Assembly (NCBI GenBank): GCA_905178155.1
Contig: CAJINV010000005.1
Coordinates: 6,780,153 to 6,844,152, forward strand
Reading direction: 5' to 3'
Source of the DNA: Amoebophrya sp. A120
Lineage: Eukaryota; Protista; Dinoflagellata
Length of the DNA: 64,000 nucleotides
The notes beneath the pieces are model-generated. The model ran no database searches. It was not told the origin of the DNA and saw only the letters and a list, made by a program, of their open reading frames with translations. This document shows, one piece after another, positions 22,637-36,752 of the stretch. Both the position numbers and the translations under genes were made by a program. Within the stretch, counting starts at the first letter, position 1, and each line of letters opens with the position of its first letter.

Positions 22637-25600
22637 ATGGAGTCCAATCTGCTCCAGCACCGGCATGTGTTTGGGTACAATCCCCAGGTGCGGAATGGCT
22701 TACATTTCGCTGAGGACAGACAGGTGCTGTACCCGGCCGGGCAGACATGTGTCCTCACCCACACGGAAAAAAAACAGCAGACGTTCTTTCAAGGTAATGT
22801 GGAAAATTTCCGGGAATTTGTGTTGCGACAATGAATTATATGAATATGATCGAGCGACGTGCTGTTCGTCCTGTGCTCTTATCCAGGCTATGGCTGATGA
22901 AATGCGTTGGTTGCCGCGTGAAGATGCATCTGCACAGCTCGGTCAACATGTACTTACTCAAAACTCTACCTTTATTTTCCGCCCAGGTACGGAGAAATGG
23001 AACGGTATTTCGTGCATGGCGCTCTCGCCGAACCAGCGGTACCTCGCCGTCGCGGAAAACCAGTCCCCGAACATCAGCATTTTCGACGTGCTGACCACCC
23101 GAAAGCTGACCACTTGTGCGGTCCCCTCGACGAGCAGTAGTGGCAGTTCTTCCTCCAACCCCGGACCAAAAGAGTACGTGTCCCTCGCCTTTTCGCCCGA
23201 AAACCAGTTTCTATTAACGCAGGGCGGGAGCTCCAATTCCTCCGGCGGGCTGTCCGGAAACAACGCCAGCGGCGGGGGAAACAATGCCTCCGTGGGGAAA
23301 CAGTCCTCGTCCGGCGGGCAGGGCGCGATTTCCGGCGGGGGCACCGCGAGCCACACGGTGGTTGGTGCGCCCAACGATTGCGCGTTGCTCTACTGGAACT
23401 GGGACAAAAATCGAGTCATGGCGGCGTGTAAGGTACAACGATCTAGTGGCGATTTGGTTCCGGTCACAGAATTAGTTTCTAGCGGCACAGGGGACGGAAC
23501 AGAGACGGCAGGGAATCCCGACGAGCCCGTACCGCCGACGAGTCACGACCCAACGCACCAGGTCGCGTTCCACCCCGCGGACAGTTCGGTCTCCCTGATA
23601 GTCGGGAAAAGCATCTGTAAACTCCTCAGGTACGGCGAGGGCGGGTTTAGCGTGGCGGCCAGCTTGCCGCAGGCCAAGGGGGAGGTAGGTTGATGTGTTT
23701 CGATCATGCATTTTTACAAATCTTGTTCTTAAGGTAAATCAGCATTGCAAATTTTATTTCTCATGCTAAGGAAATTTGTAGTGCATTTTATACAAATGAC
23801 TTTCCAGAATTTCCTCTCCCACTGCTGGCTTGCGGACGAGCGACTAGTCGTCGCAGCGGAGTCCGGTCAGGTGTACCTGATGAGCGCGACATATGGAGTT
23901 CTCGAACGTTAAATTCTCAACTGTTGCATGAATTCGCAATGCAAGAATATGAAAATTGGCCGGGGCATTTTGGATTGCACCTCGCGCATTACAAATTTGG
24001 AACGGATTTCCATTGCTATTTACCCCTTGTTCAAGAATTTGTCATGCGAACCAGCTTCATTGTCTGGGGGCTGATAGCATTTTTGCATGACAAGTCATGT
24101 CACAGTTGAGAGCGTAACGTTTGAGAGTTCCATACGACAGAGCTTGAATTGGAGCACATCCTCGAGGAAAAGTTCGACAAGTGCGCGGACTTTCACTTCG
24201 CCCGATTTTCCAAGGGTTTTCTCGCCTCCAGCACTGACGCGCGGGTGTGCTTCTTTTACAGCGAGGAGGGGACGTTTTTGAAAAAGGCCGAGGTGGCCAT
24301 CCCCAACCAGGAAACCGCGATCGGTGGGCTGAACATCGACGGGTCGAACATAACGTGTAAGGGCTTGGCAATGTCGAGTTCAGGGAACGAGGATTCTTTC
24401 GTCTTCGGTACTAGCTCCGGGCAGATCTACAAGGTAGTTTTACCTGCCGGGCTGGAAAAGCCACAGAATCTGGAAAACGCGGGATTGACCCCCGTGCCGC
24501 TTTTGGCGGGGTTTCACGTCGGGCCGGTGAACGGTACTTATTTTTACGAGCGATTTTCATTGCAAAACCAAATGATAAACAAAGACTCACGTGTATGCAG
24601 AACCAGAATCCGCTAAGTTCGAGATGAGGCTTGTGATGCATGAAAATTTTCCAGCAAAGTAGATGAAAATGAAACTCCCAACCAAAACCTCCAGGTATGG
24701 ACGTCTGTGTCCGCAAGCCCTTAATCGTGACCGCCGGCGCGGACCGCACCGTGCGTGTTTGGAATTACCAAGACCGATCCGCGGAGCTCTGCAAGTCCTT
24801 TGCCGAAGAGCCTTTCGCCGTCGCCATACACCCAAATGGGTTTTTGGTGATCGTGGGGTTTTCCGACAAGTTGCGATTGCTGAACTTGATCATGGAAGAC
24901 CTGAAACCCTCTAAAGACATCCCCATCAAGGGCTGCAGAGAGGTCCGGTTTTCCAACGGCGGGCACTACTTCGCCGCCACGAACAACAACCTAACGCAAG
25001 TCTTCAAAACCTACACGGGCGAACTGGTTTACACGCTGAGGGGGCACAACAACAAAGCCCGGGCGGTTTCGTGGTCGTTGGACGACAGTGGGTTGGTGAG
25101 CTGCGGAATGGACGGCGGAGTTTACGAGTTTGACATGCTGCAAGACGCGCACAGGAAGTCTGACTGGGTGCAAAAGGGAGTGGCGTTCACCGGGTTGAGC
25201 GTCGCGACAGACCCATATACACTGGGGAATACCATGTATATTTGAAATTTGGATTTTTTCCAGCATTTCTTGTTGCACCGCGAAGTTGCACATGTGTTGG
25301 GATGAAGGCAATAGACTCATCGCGCACGACTGAGAGGTCTTGAAAAATAAATGCACATGCTTGTTCCGCATCACATCAAAAGGTACATCTCCGGTTCCGA
25401 CCGCCAGCTACGCGAGGTTTACAACTGTTCCATGCAGCAATGCTTCGAAACGGGCGACAGTTGTCTCAACTCCCTGGCGCTCGCCAACGGCATGAAGGCC
25501 CTTCTCGCCGGCGCAGACAGCGGGCAGGGTTTCGTCCGATGCTACCGATTATGCATTGCAAAAATATCGTACGACGTTCGTAGTGTAATGCGCATCACAA

Positions 25601-28600
25601 ATTTTTTTGGTATGTAAGGACACAAGTCGTGGGATTTGTAACGCTGATTCAGTTTGTGAAAAATTTTTGTCATGCGGGGCTGCAATCCATACCACTGCGA
25701 TACTTTTGCAGAGCATACCGATTTCCCTTGGAAGCGCTGGATTGTACGGATTACGCCGCTATCCTGTGCAAAAGTATCGTACTCGTAGTAATTGCATTTC
25801 TGCATTACAAATTTATTTTTCAAGGTAAATCAGCATTACAAATTCCATTTGTAATGCTAAGTCAATTTGTAATGCATTTATACGAGTACGATACTTTTGC
25901 AGTTCATAGCCGCTCACTGCGCCCCGGTGTCGCGGATCCGAGTTTCTTTAGACGATCAATTCGTTTTCACTTGCGGCGAGGACGGGTGCGTGTTTGTGTT
26001 CGATTTGAGGAAGCAGAACCTGGTCAGCCTGCCAATCGCGGGGTGCAACCTAGCGAAGGAAGCAGTGAAGAAACGGGAGCACGGGACCGCGACCGCGATA
26101 AAGCTGGAGACTTACAACGACAGAAGTCTACTCCCGTACTCCGACGAGATTTTGGTGACAAAAACTTTTCTCGACGAGAAGCAGGGGCAGCTCGTGGAGT
26201 TGGAGCGACAGGTCGACGAGCTGTCGAATCAGATAGAGTTCCAGTTGAGGCACCGGGATCTGTATCACAAGGAGAAAATTGCGGAATTGGAAGACCGGTT
26301 CGGGCAAGAAATCGAGCAGGAAAGGGCAAAATACGAGCTGTTGCGGGAAGAGAAAAACGACATGGAAATGGAATGCGAGGAAAATATTCGGTACTATAGT
26401 TGTTTTGGTGCATTGGATTTTATGCATGACAAACTCCCTACTTTGCCGATGGTATTGTGCATGACAAGTGAATCTGAATCTTCATCACAACAGCGCTATC
26501 GAAGAGAAGCACGCGAAGCAGATTCAGGATATTGAGGCGTCGTTTCAACAGAAAATGATGGTCGAAGTTGGGAGGTATCAGAAGTTGTCGGCGACACGGG
26601 ACAGGGAACACCAAGATTGGGAAAGCTCCTACAAGGAAATACTGGCGAAACATACGAGAGAGGTACGATGTAGTGTCTTGCGATGAAGCTGCGCTTTCTG
26701 CATGAGAAGTGACGCGTGCAATGGACTACAGTCCCGCATGACAAGCTGAAAAGATTGAATACGTCATTACAAATCAGATCGACGACAATGCGCGGAAGTT
26801 CCAAGAGCAGAGGGGCGAGGGCGAGGCGCAACAGAGCAGGATATTGGCCGAGAAGGATCTGTCCGATAGAATTCACCGGGAAACGTTGAATCAGCTCGAG
26901 CAAGACGCGGATCGGGAGGTCGAGGAACTGAAGGAACAGTACGAGGAAAGACTCACCGCGGAAAGAGACGATAAGGTAAGTAAGTACATTTTTTTGTATA
27001 ATCATGCCTACTTCTTGCCTTACAAAAGACATGGCTCGACGTGTATTCTATGCATGGTACTAACTTTCCACTTTCTTTCAAATCACTATACCAGGTTCGC
27101 CTCCGTGGGCAGGCCGGAATCCACAGGAAGCACCACGAAGATCTGAAGAGGCAAATGCTGAAAAAAGAGGAAGAGTTTCGGTTTTTCAGCGAAGAAGCAC
27201 GGAAAAAGCAGGAGAAGATAGACGCGAGCATATTGGAAAGGGAACAGAACATGAAGGAAATTAAAGACCGAGACAGGACGATAGGTAATGTGCGTTTTTA
27301 TAAAGCTAACGCTGCTACGTTTTGTCATGCAGCGCACCAACAAGGAGTTTCTTTTGTCATGCGAGATTGTGCAACGCTGAGTATGAAAAATTAACATTTT
27401 ATTCCAGGCGACAAGGAAACGAAGATCTACGAGCTGAAAAAGCAGAATGCAGAATTGGAAAAATTCAAGTTTGTCCTGGACTACAAAATCAAGGAACTCC
27501 GTATCCCACGAAAAAACTGTTTCACTGTGAAGATGATTCTGCAAGATCTGCATCACAAGTTTCTTACACATGACACAGAAAATTTGCCTTGCGTGCTTCC
27601 AAAGGGAAAACGCCGTTAAAGAGTCAAGGCCTTCCAGGTGTAGCAAGACAAAGAGTTCTGTGTTGCATTCTATGCATCACAAGTTCGCAGTGAAACAGTT
27701 TTTTCTTGCGATACTCCGCGCGCAAATTGAGCCGAAAAACGCGGATATTGCACAGATGAAGCGGATATGCATTGCAAATATGTCTTGGTCTGGACACTTG
27801 TAATGCAAGGAAGGGAATTATAGTGAGCACACTTTAATGCGCTGCCAAGCATGACAAGTTTTTCCGTGCTTCTGAGTTGCGAACTCCGCATGAGAAACTG
27901 CGTTTTTGCATGACAGGCAAGAGGAGCTGCTCTTTGCGGTGACGCAACACAGAGTTCAGAGTCATGCCAGATTAGCATGACAAATCTCGCAACTTCCCAG
28001 ACCCAGACATATTTGCATTTGATAGCGAATTATCCAGACCATGGACAGCGATCTAGAGGAATACCACCGCAAAAACAAAACCCTGCAAACCGACATCGGG
28101 AATCTCCAGTCGAAACAGCAAAGTCTTCAGGAGGAAATTCTCTTGCAAAGAAAAAAAGTCGCGGACGCCATGACGAAATCCAAGAAGATAAAACACGATC
28201 TGTTTGAACTCTCTGACATGATGAACAACGTGTCGGTGAAAGAGTTCCGGGAGAAGTTTTTGAAGCTCTCGGACAAGTACCTGAATTATCCTGTGCAAAA
28301 GTATCGTACTCGTATAAATGCAAGTCTTGCATTACAAATCCTTTTCTTAAGGTAAATCCGCATTACAAATTTTATTTCTCATGCTGAGGGAATTTGTAAT
28401 GCAATTATATACTAGCACGATGCTTTTGCATTGCACATGAATGCGCATTTGGCAACCTCGCCGAAGAGTTCACCGCAAAGCAAGAACAACGCCACGGTGA
28501 AATCCAACCCCGCAGCGACAACAACAACAAATTCCAGCATGAACCAGACGAAGTCTTCCGCCATGTCAGCGGAAGAGATTCAGGAACAAATCCAAATCAC

Positions 28601-29027
28601 AAACGAGTACGCCAAGCAGAAAGAATACCTGCAGAAATCGGTGCAGAGTCTGACGAAAAAGTTGCACAAGGACAGTGAGACGCACAAAAAGGATATCGCA
28701 AGAAAAAAGTGTTACAGTTACACACTGTGTTGCAAGACCGGCAACACAGACAACCTTTCTCATGCAGGAAATGCTTTGGATCCTCATTTCCTTCCTGTTT
28801 TCCCTTATGTTTTCTGCATTGCAAGTTTTCTCTCTCATGCAGAGAAAATTTGTGTTGCGGAATTGACAACAAATGTGTAACTGTAACACTTTTTTCTCGT
28901 GATAAAGGACAACCAGACGGCGATGCAAGACAACATGCGCCTGATCCAAACGATCGATTCCTTGCGAAAGGAGATCACCCAACTGAAACTCGACGCCGCG
29001 CCGGTCATTGGGCAGGATAAGAAGTAA
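22637..29027 (+). CDS. CFAP57: Cilia- and flagella-associated protein 57 (WDR65), paralogue B; 7 IEs, 8 GT-AG introns
   Basis: [88 protein letters not shown]. Probable stop TAA at 29025-29027. Confidence 0.9.
23892..24134. mobile_element. Introner element, family F
   Basis: Family F TIRs; DR cgaca. Confidence 0.9.
25550..25717. mobile_element. Introner element, family D (divergent interior)
   Basis: TATGCATTGCAAAAATATCG / CGATACTTTTGCAGAGCATA; DR ccgat. Confidence 0.88.
25760..25908. mobile_element. Introner element, family D (reverse orientation relative to 8344-8492)
   Basis: Family D TIRs; DR gccgc. Confidence 0.92.
27502..27713. mobile_element. Introner element, family J
   Basis: TATCCCACGAAAAAACTGTTTCACTG / CAGTGAAACAGTTTTTTCTTGCGATA; DR ctccg. 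Confidence 0.9.
27766..28024. mobile_element. Introner element, family A
   Basis: Family A TIRs; DR gcgga/gcgaa. Confidence 0.9.
28287..28437. mobile_element. Introner element, family D
   Basis: Family D TIRs (right end ACA instead of ATA); DR tgaat. Confidence 0.88.
28694..28904. mobile_element. Introner element, family E
   Basis: Family E TIRs; DR aagga. Confidence 0.92.
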
Positions 29028-30298
29028 GGGGGATTTATTTTGTCGGGTTCGGTCTCGGGTTGCTGGGTTGTGGGGAGGCGGAAAGAAAGGAACGGGAGTT
29101 GCTCCTTAGCGGATGAAATTAAAGTGTTGAAATTCTTTCGAACTTTGTCATGTAGAAACTTAGAGAGACTTTCTTACGTTACCGATGAGAAACTTCTTCT
29201 GTGCAACTACTCTGCGGAGTAGCTATCAGAGAAACAGATCTTGTTCAACCTAATCGAATATTACAAGCTATGATAGGCTAGAACAAAAGGCCTAAGTAGT
29301 AGATGAACCCAATAAAAGGAATTGTAAGTCGCTCGAGAGGGTGCGGGTGGAGTCCAAAAGTCGCATTGTTTCATCAGCGATTTTGGACCTTCCTACGCTT
29401 CTCTGATTTTTAGGTTTTAAGATAGCCGAACACAAGAAAACAAAGTAGTCTAGTTCTTCTGTAATCTTCGCGAGGACAAAGAGGTTAGAATCGACAATGC
29501 GGTGAACAAAGAACGAGTCGAACACACAAAAAAGATCGAAACTGTTAATGCGCAGGCTGCTAATGAGCATGACAGATTCCCTCGTGGAGCTGGAGGCAGC
29601 GAATGCGAAAAGATTCAAGCGGCGTATTAGGGTCTAAGAATCCACTTCGTGTGAGACTTTCAGATCTGTATTGGTCACAGTGGAGATCTGTGGTAGAAAC
29701 ACAGTGGAGATCTCATTTAAGTAGTTTTCTGTGAGCAAGTCGATCCAATCCTTGACGTACGTGCACCTCGTGATGGATGTGAGTGAGGCATGACCTGTGA
29801 TACTAGCGCAGGAACAGAAGACAGATTGAAAAGATCAACTTCTTGCAGGCTACATGTGAAGATGTCAAGTAGCTCCAGCAGGAGAGGAGCAGAAGCTCCC
29901 AAGACGGATCCGCGTGGACCTGCAGTGGCACCTGTACATGGAAGATTTCGAGGATGATCATTCTGCGTTCTGCTTGAAGCTCGTTCTTAGCATGATTCGC
30001 GGCTGTCCTAGATTCGTATTCGCGTATCTGCATTTCATGCGGTAGTCTCCTTGATGTGGTCGAGCCTTCTTACTGAGTCTGAGTCGTGATGTCGATTCTA
30101 AGCTCCTCTACTTGTCATCCTTCGACTTCGGTCTGATTCTGGTTCCTACAGCGGCATGAAAGGCAGAAACAAGCGTGAAGATCGTCAATAATGTCTAGAT
30201 ATGCGTCATTATCCAAAAGTAGTACTAGAAATTCTTGAAAGTAGAAGTAGTAAAGCGTAGTATACCAAGAATTTTGCAACACAACCCTATGGCTATGC

Positions 30299-33200
30299 AT
30301 GGGGAATTCTCTACCAACAATACTGGAAGGTGGTTCTGATTTGGACCAAAATCAGCCATCTGAGAGTAAGTTTCACGAAGCAGACCTGCTTCCGCAGACG
30401 AAAAGCACTTCTAGTTCTAATAGTAAAGATGTCGGTGCCAACCAAGTCTTGGTAAGTAACGACCTAAAAAGTTCTGAAAGTTCTGTCTCTAGTGGTGGTC
30501 AACATTCGCGACCAGGCGACTTAGAGGACCCGAAAAAAGAAGAGGTCAAAGGTACTAGTATTTGCCAAAATAAAAGCGATTCTCTCGATGAGTCCACCTC
30601 CGACTTGATTTTCGACAACGTGGGAAGACGAGACGTTGACGTAATGAGCGCAACAAGCAAGATCACCGAACCTCACCGAGGATCGCGACCCTCGTCCTCT
30701 CGGAACGGGCTCCACCTCGGGGGTCTTGCTTGTTCTGATGCCGAGGAGGAGCAAGCTGGACGAAAAACGATGTCGTCCTCTCCCTCTTCGATAAGGCTTC
30801 TGGGGAACAGCAAATGCGGTGGAGAAACCACAGGCCAAGGAGTCCTTGTTGGCGATGGGCATTTGGAGGTGTCTGTCAAGCACGATCACGAGCACCAGGG
30901 TGAAGATGACGAAGGCGTGGGTCTTGCCGACGGACTTCGACCTGAGCAGATGATTGTTCCAGCAGCAGCAGCACCACAGGACGAGCAGCAAATCGCCCAC
31001 AAGACCACCAGCGCTGAGAAAAAGAAGAAGGACAGGAAAAAGAAGAAGCGACTAAAAAAGCGAAACCGTGCATCAAAAATATTGAATCTCGACGTCCCCG
31101 GCATGGGTGTCGATGTAACGAAGGACCCACCGCAACTGGCCTTTCTTCCCGATGTCGATCTCGCCGGTTCGGATTGTGACGGATTTGACACAGCTATTTT
31201 TGGACCCGACGCCGCCGAAAAGATTCAGGACCTGTTTAAGGTCCAAAAGCTTGGGCTGAAGAGAAGCGAGGTTTTGAAGCAAAGATTCACGATTAAAGAG
31301 GAGGAGGCTGCTAGGGCGAAACGGGTCGAGGAAAATAAGAAGAGGATGATGTTCTTGAAAAATAAGGCCGCCGCTGCCAGAAATAAACTACGTCGAGCGA
31401 AAAAGGGAGAGGCGAAACATAAGAGTAGACAACACGCACAGAGGTTGCACAATGCTGATGACCAACAAACTGCCACAGCGAAGAAGCTTCCCGTTGCTGT
31501 ATCTACTACTTCATCTACGAAAATTGAAGCGAAGAAGAAGCGGAAGAAGCAAGATCTCGCCCCTAAAAACCCTCTGAAAAAAATCAGTGGAGCCAAGCAC
31601 CGGGACAAATTGTTAACCGAGAGGGGGAGGATCATGTGTGAAAAATTCGGAATTTCTCAATTCGTCAAGCCTTTCAGGGCGAAGACTGCGAACAAGTTCC
31701 AAGCATTAATGTTGCGGAAATTCAGAACAGAATTGAAGATGGATCATGTCAAAGCTGCGAGAGATTGTAAACGGGAAAAGGAAAAGCAGGAGGAAGCGAG
31801 GGTTGTATTGCAAGAGCAGCAGCAGGAGAAGAAACGGCTGCAGCTGCAGGAAGAACAAGAAGTGTTTGGAGATTTGATGGACGTTTGTGGCGAGGACCCC
31901 GTCGTGGTTCGCCATGGCGCCGCAACCTCTTTCTTCTCAGGGCAAGTTGTGGATTGTTCTTCTGTGCAAGACGGTGAGAACGGCGTCAACATGGACGAAG
32001 TTGTAGTTCCCCACGAACGACGAGAAAACGAGGATTATATACGCGCTACTTCTTCTACTCCTACTGCAGCACCAGCATCCGCTTGTAGTTCTGCTTATCC
32101 TCCCCTTCCTGGTTCTTGCGACCGTGAAGGTGATCATGAAAACGGCAAGCCGAGAGGACTACCTTCTGATCATGCGTTCTTTGTAGAAGATCAACAAACT
32201 GATGGTCACATCCCCGCCTGCCCCAAAAAAGGTACAGGTTTCTCCAACGGAACCTTTCAGCTGTTCCACAAAAAGACCAAAACGGTTTTCAAAACGCTTC
32301 CGCCGGTGCAAAAATTTGGTGAAAAGGAGCAGTTCCACACCTTTCAAGGAGTTTTCAACTTGCCAACCGAGAGCGATCATTTGGATTTGAAAAAGAAATC
32401 CTGGCCGCCGGAACAGTTTCGGAAAAAGGTGTTTGTTGAAACTGTCCAGGAAGAACCAGAGCCGGAAAGATCGGAGGGGGATGTTAAGCCAGAAAGTGGT
32501 CACGTCGGTGATAAAATCAAAAAGGCGAACAGGAAAAAAACTTCGAAAAGAACTGAAGATGTTGACAAGAAGGCTCAACAAGAGGCCATTCAACGCAATG
32601 TTGACGAATCCGAGCGAGCGAAGCGGCGGTTGCGGCGGAAGGAAGTCAGGGAACAGGCAACCACGAATGGGCAAGGACAAGGTAGCAAGCGAGGGCCTGC
32701 TGTGCCTGTTCCTGTTGTACAGCAGCAAGAGCCCAGTTGTATGCAGCAGCAACCTGAAGCACTGGAGCAATCGTCCGCCCAGCTACAGCAACCATCGCTG
32801 CAGCAGCCTGCGTCGGAGCAACCATCACAGCAGCAACCACCACAGCAGCAACCATCACAGGATCACTCATCGCAGGAGCAGCAATTGTCTACTTCACGGC
32901 AGGCAGATGGCCCTCCAGCTGCAGCTGCACAGGCCGTCACTTTACAGGCGAGTGAAGAAAATAAATCATGTCCAGAAGTCGAGGTGAATCACGACGAAGG
33001 AAGAAATGAAAAAGTTGCAGATCATGATGTTTCTAGCAAATGTAAAGGTAAGCAGATCGTGGTCGTGCCCCCTGCTAGTGCAGCGCCAAGCTCCTCGACA
33101 AAATTGACGAAGATGCTACCCCCTGCTCTACCGCCGATGAAAATAAAGGCTGCAATGAAGGCTTCGGCAGCTCTTCATGCTTATGGGGCTCTTCAGCCAG

Positions 33201-36200
33201 CACAACAACCGGTGCAGGAACAACTTCCAAAGCCGACACAGCAAGAAGTTCTTGCGACCGGCGCAGCAATATCAGGGACAACAAGGGTAGTTGTAGTACC
33301 CTCAACACCGCGCGGCACGGGGGAGAACCCTGCGACGCTGCAAGACACAAAAACTCCAGTGCGGTCCTCAGAGCTTGTCCTCTCCTCGAGAAGTTCACAA
33401 AATCACAATCGTAGCAGCACGAGCTGCCCTCACCTCGATGTCGAAACGAACCTAGAGATGAAAGTGCAGACGAAAAGGTACTGCAAGGACGGGATTCTGT
33501 ACCAGTGGATTCAGGCGAAGAGCCCTAATGGAGATCTTCAGGAAGAGGAGCACATAACAAAGCCAAAACCAGAAGAACGGAACATCAATCCAAATGATTC
33601 TTTATTTCGTCCCACTGCGAAGGAACAGGAGCCTCCTGCTTCTTGTAGGACGACGATGAAGCAGCGACTAGTTGTGGTACACACGACCACCTCTTCATCC
33701 ACGCTAAAGAACGGAAACAGCAGCAGCAAGTCAAAACACATCCAGACGAAGAAGAAACGTGACGTCCGCCGGCATACCACCGTGGATGAACTCAACGGAG
33801 AGGAGCGACATACCGCTTTTTCCCCCAAGAACCGCAGTATCGACCGGAAAATGAGTTGGTTTAAGGTTCCGAGTGGTTCGGCACCGACGTCTGGTTTCCT
33901 GCCGCCAGGAAGAGAGCAAGAATCTTCGACGGCCCAACGACCTCCACAGCGAGGGCATTCCCCCGTCCCTGGTCGGGACATGCGGTCGAGTAGCAGCAAA
34001 ACCGCCCCGCGAGCAGAAGAAGTAGTAACTTCCGATGTTTCTTTCGGTCGTACTCGTAACGCTTGTACTTCTGCGGCAGCACAGCCGTGTAGTACTACAG
34101 CAAGTGTTCCCCGAGTGACAGCTGCGGAACGTGACCGAGCATCTGATTCGTCCTGGCTACAGACTGCCATAAAAGCCAGCGTCAGAAAATTCTGCGCGGC
34201 TGCGCGGGCACTCTCAGAACAAGCTTCAGACCGGTCTTCAGCTGATAGTGCTGCGCCCCCGCAAGAAGGTTTAGCTACCGGAGTCCGGGAACGGAAAATT
34301 AGTGGCGTTGAGACGTATCGGGAGCAGCAGGAATCATCTTCTTCGCAGCTAGTACGGAAGGATGTTGAGAATCATGTTGAAAACCAGACTGATGTTTTTT
34401 CGAAAGACGACGAGGATGTGGAAATGATGGACGTCGAAATGTTGGACGCTGCTCCTTCTGCTAGGAGCGTGGATGTTCGTCCAACTTTTGGAGGAGCACC
34501 TGGGTCGACGAGCAGTAGTACCGCCGGAGGACCAGCAGGAGAGCCTGCTTCCAGTAGTAGCGCATCAAGTTCAACAAGTTCCTGTCCGCAGCAGGCGCCA
34601 GAGCTGCCAAGTTGTTGCGCCGGCCCCGACACTCCTGCGCAATTCACTACAATAAGCATGAAAACCACGACGACGAAGAAGAAGTTTGCTCCGCGGTCCA
34701 AAAACAAGCACTTCCGGGAGGAGCAAGAGCGGCAATTGCAAGAAGAACAGGAGAAGCAGGCGCGGGAACAAGAGCTGCAGCGTTTGAAGGATCTAAAGGA
34801 ACAAGAGGAGAAAAAACGGCAGGAGCGGAAACAAAAGCGGCGGGAATTGAAGCGACAGAGAAGGGAAGAAGAAAAACGCAAGATGCAAGAGAGATTACTG
34901 GTGGAGCAGCAGCAGCGGGAGCTCCAGGAAGCGTTGTTGCGAGACGCGGAAATGCAGCAGCGGCAGAGGGAGGAACAGGAGCGACTAGAAGCGGAGAAGC
35001 AGCAGCAGCTTCTATTGCAGAAACAACATGATGAACTACAACTCAGCAAGAAAATGAAAGAGAAACAACGGAAACAACCACTTCTCTGTCGTACAGGTCC
35101 GACCTACGTCGAACTAGTGGAAATTCTCGATCCGGCTTCTTACGAAAAACTCGGTCTGCAATTCGGCATCGATCTGGAATTCGCGTACGTCCACAAGAAG
35201 GGCGGACACCGCTGGCGGTTAGATATTGAGCGGACTGAAAAGGAGGAACGGGAGTATGCGATGGAGGTTGCTAGACAGCAGGCGCGGGGGGAGGAAGTCG
35301 CTGCGATGGCGAGTGAGTCTGAGGCGGAAACAGGACGAGGAGGAGAACAAACTGGTGGGTCGTCCTGTGTCGGCAGGAGCTCTTCTTTATCTTCTTGCGG
35401 CCGAGGTGGAAGAGAGAATCGTGGGCAAGACGAATTACAGCAAGGAAACACGGCGACAAACCCGGGCAGTGGTGTACTACCAGAGCAGCAGAACCCCCAG
35501 GAACTAACGGATGGTCACGAACATCACCAGCTGCAGACAGAACAGCCTCACGAAAATAGCCTCCAGAACGTCAACCCGAAAAGTCTTCCTCCAATCCGCC
35601 CAAGAGATGAAGAACCTCCCCTCCGACGGCGCAGTAAAAACGTAAAAAGCGACCCAAAGCGCCGTCCGATCTCCCCGCCGGGAAACTGCAACAACCAAGC
35701 AAAAAACCTAAAATTACAGGGCCTCGACCCGCCTCCGTTTTTTCCATCCGACTCCAAACCGATTAACAGACGGAAGTTCACGCTTCCCTACGACTACGAT
35801 TCGCACAAGCCGAGGGTATTTCTTGAAAGACACATAGTTCCGTTTCACATGCCGGTGCATTGGAATGAGGATTTAGAGGATTACTACGAGACCTTCACCG
35901 GGAAACCCGTCGTCCCCTGTTACGAGAAATTTTGCGACGCGGCGGCGAACTTGGGGATAAAAGTGAATCAGTTGTTGAAGCACCGCGCAAAGGAAATCGG
36001 GAGATGTTGCAAACTGTTCAACCTACTAGACCACGAGGATTTCCGGTACAGATGGGAACTGATGAGCGATTGGGAGAGGGAACAGTTTAAGGCGAAACGG
36101 TTTGATATGCACTGCAAAAATATCGTACTAAGTAAGTACAAGTAGTATAAATCGCATGACAAATTTCCTCAGCATAAGAAATGAAATTTGTGATGCGGAT

Positions 36201-36752
36201 TTGACTTGACGAAAACATTTGTAATGCATAAATGCGATCAGTACGAGTATGATTATACTTTTGCAATCCATATTTGACTTTCTGAAAAAGTACAAGCCGA
36301 TTCGCTTGAAGAAAGTGAGGTTGGCGAAAGCGTTTGCGCAGGAAGAGCGGACGGGACCGCCATCATTAGCGAAGCCGAAGAGTGGGAACACCAAGGACGA
36401 AGGAGGTGCGAATGTGGAAGTTGACGATAAGGATAAGGGTGAACCTAACGACCACATTAAGGCGATCGTCGATGCGAACATCACTAGCACGACTGCCGCT
36501 CCTGTGGCGGGTGAAGGTGGAAAGGTGGAATTAGGTGCGGATCCCGCTGCGCTGAATGATCAACAGGAGAACGATTTTGAGGAGAGAAGTGAAGGACAAC
36601 AGCGAATAAAGAAGCCGGTGAAGCGCGAAGTAAGTCAACGCAGTACAACTAAAGCGGCTGCCAAGAGTGTCGCACGCGGACGTGGCCGTCCGAAAAACGA
36701 CGCGAGTAATGCGTCGGGTCCGGGTACTAGAAAAGCGACGAACAAGAAGTAA
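30299..36752 (+). CDS. Large low-complexity/coiled-coil hypothetical protein (~2,100 aa; 1 IE)
   Basis: A 1948-aa ORF joins the 36249-36752 frame after removal of IE 36106-36272 (KRFD-FLKKYKP). It is Q/E/K/S-rich with no domain I recognise. Confidence 0.75.
36106..36272. mobile_element. Introner element, family D
   Basis: Family D TIRs; DR tttga. Confidence 0.9.
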
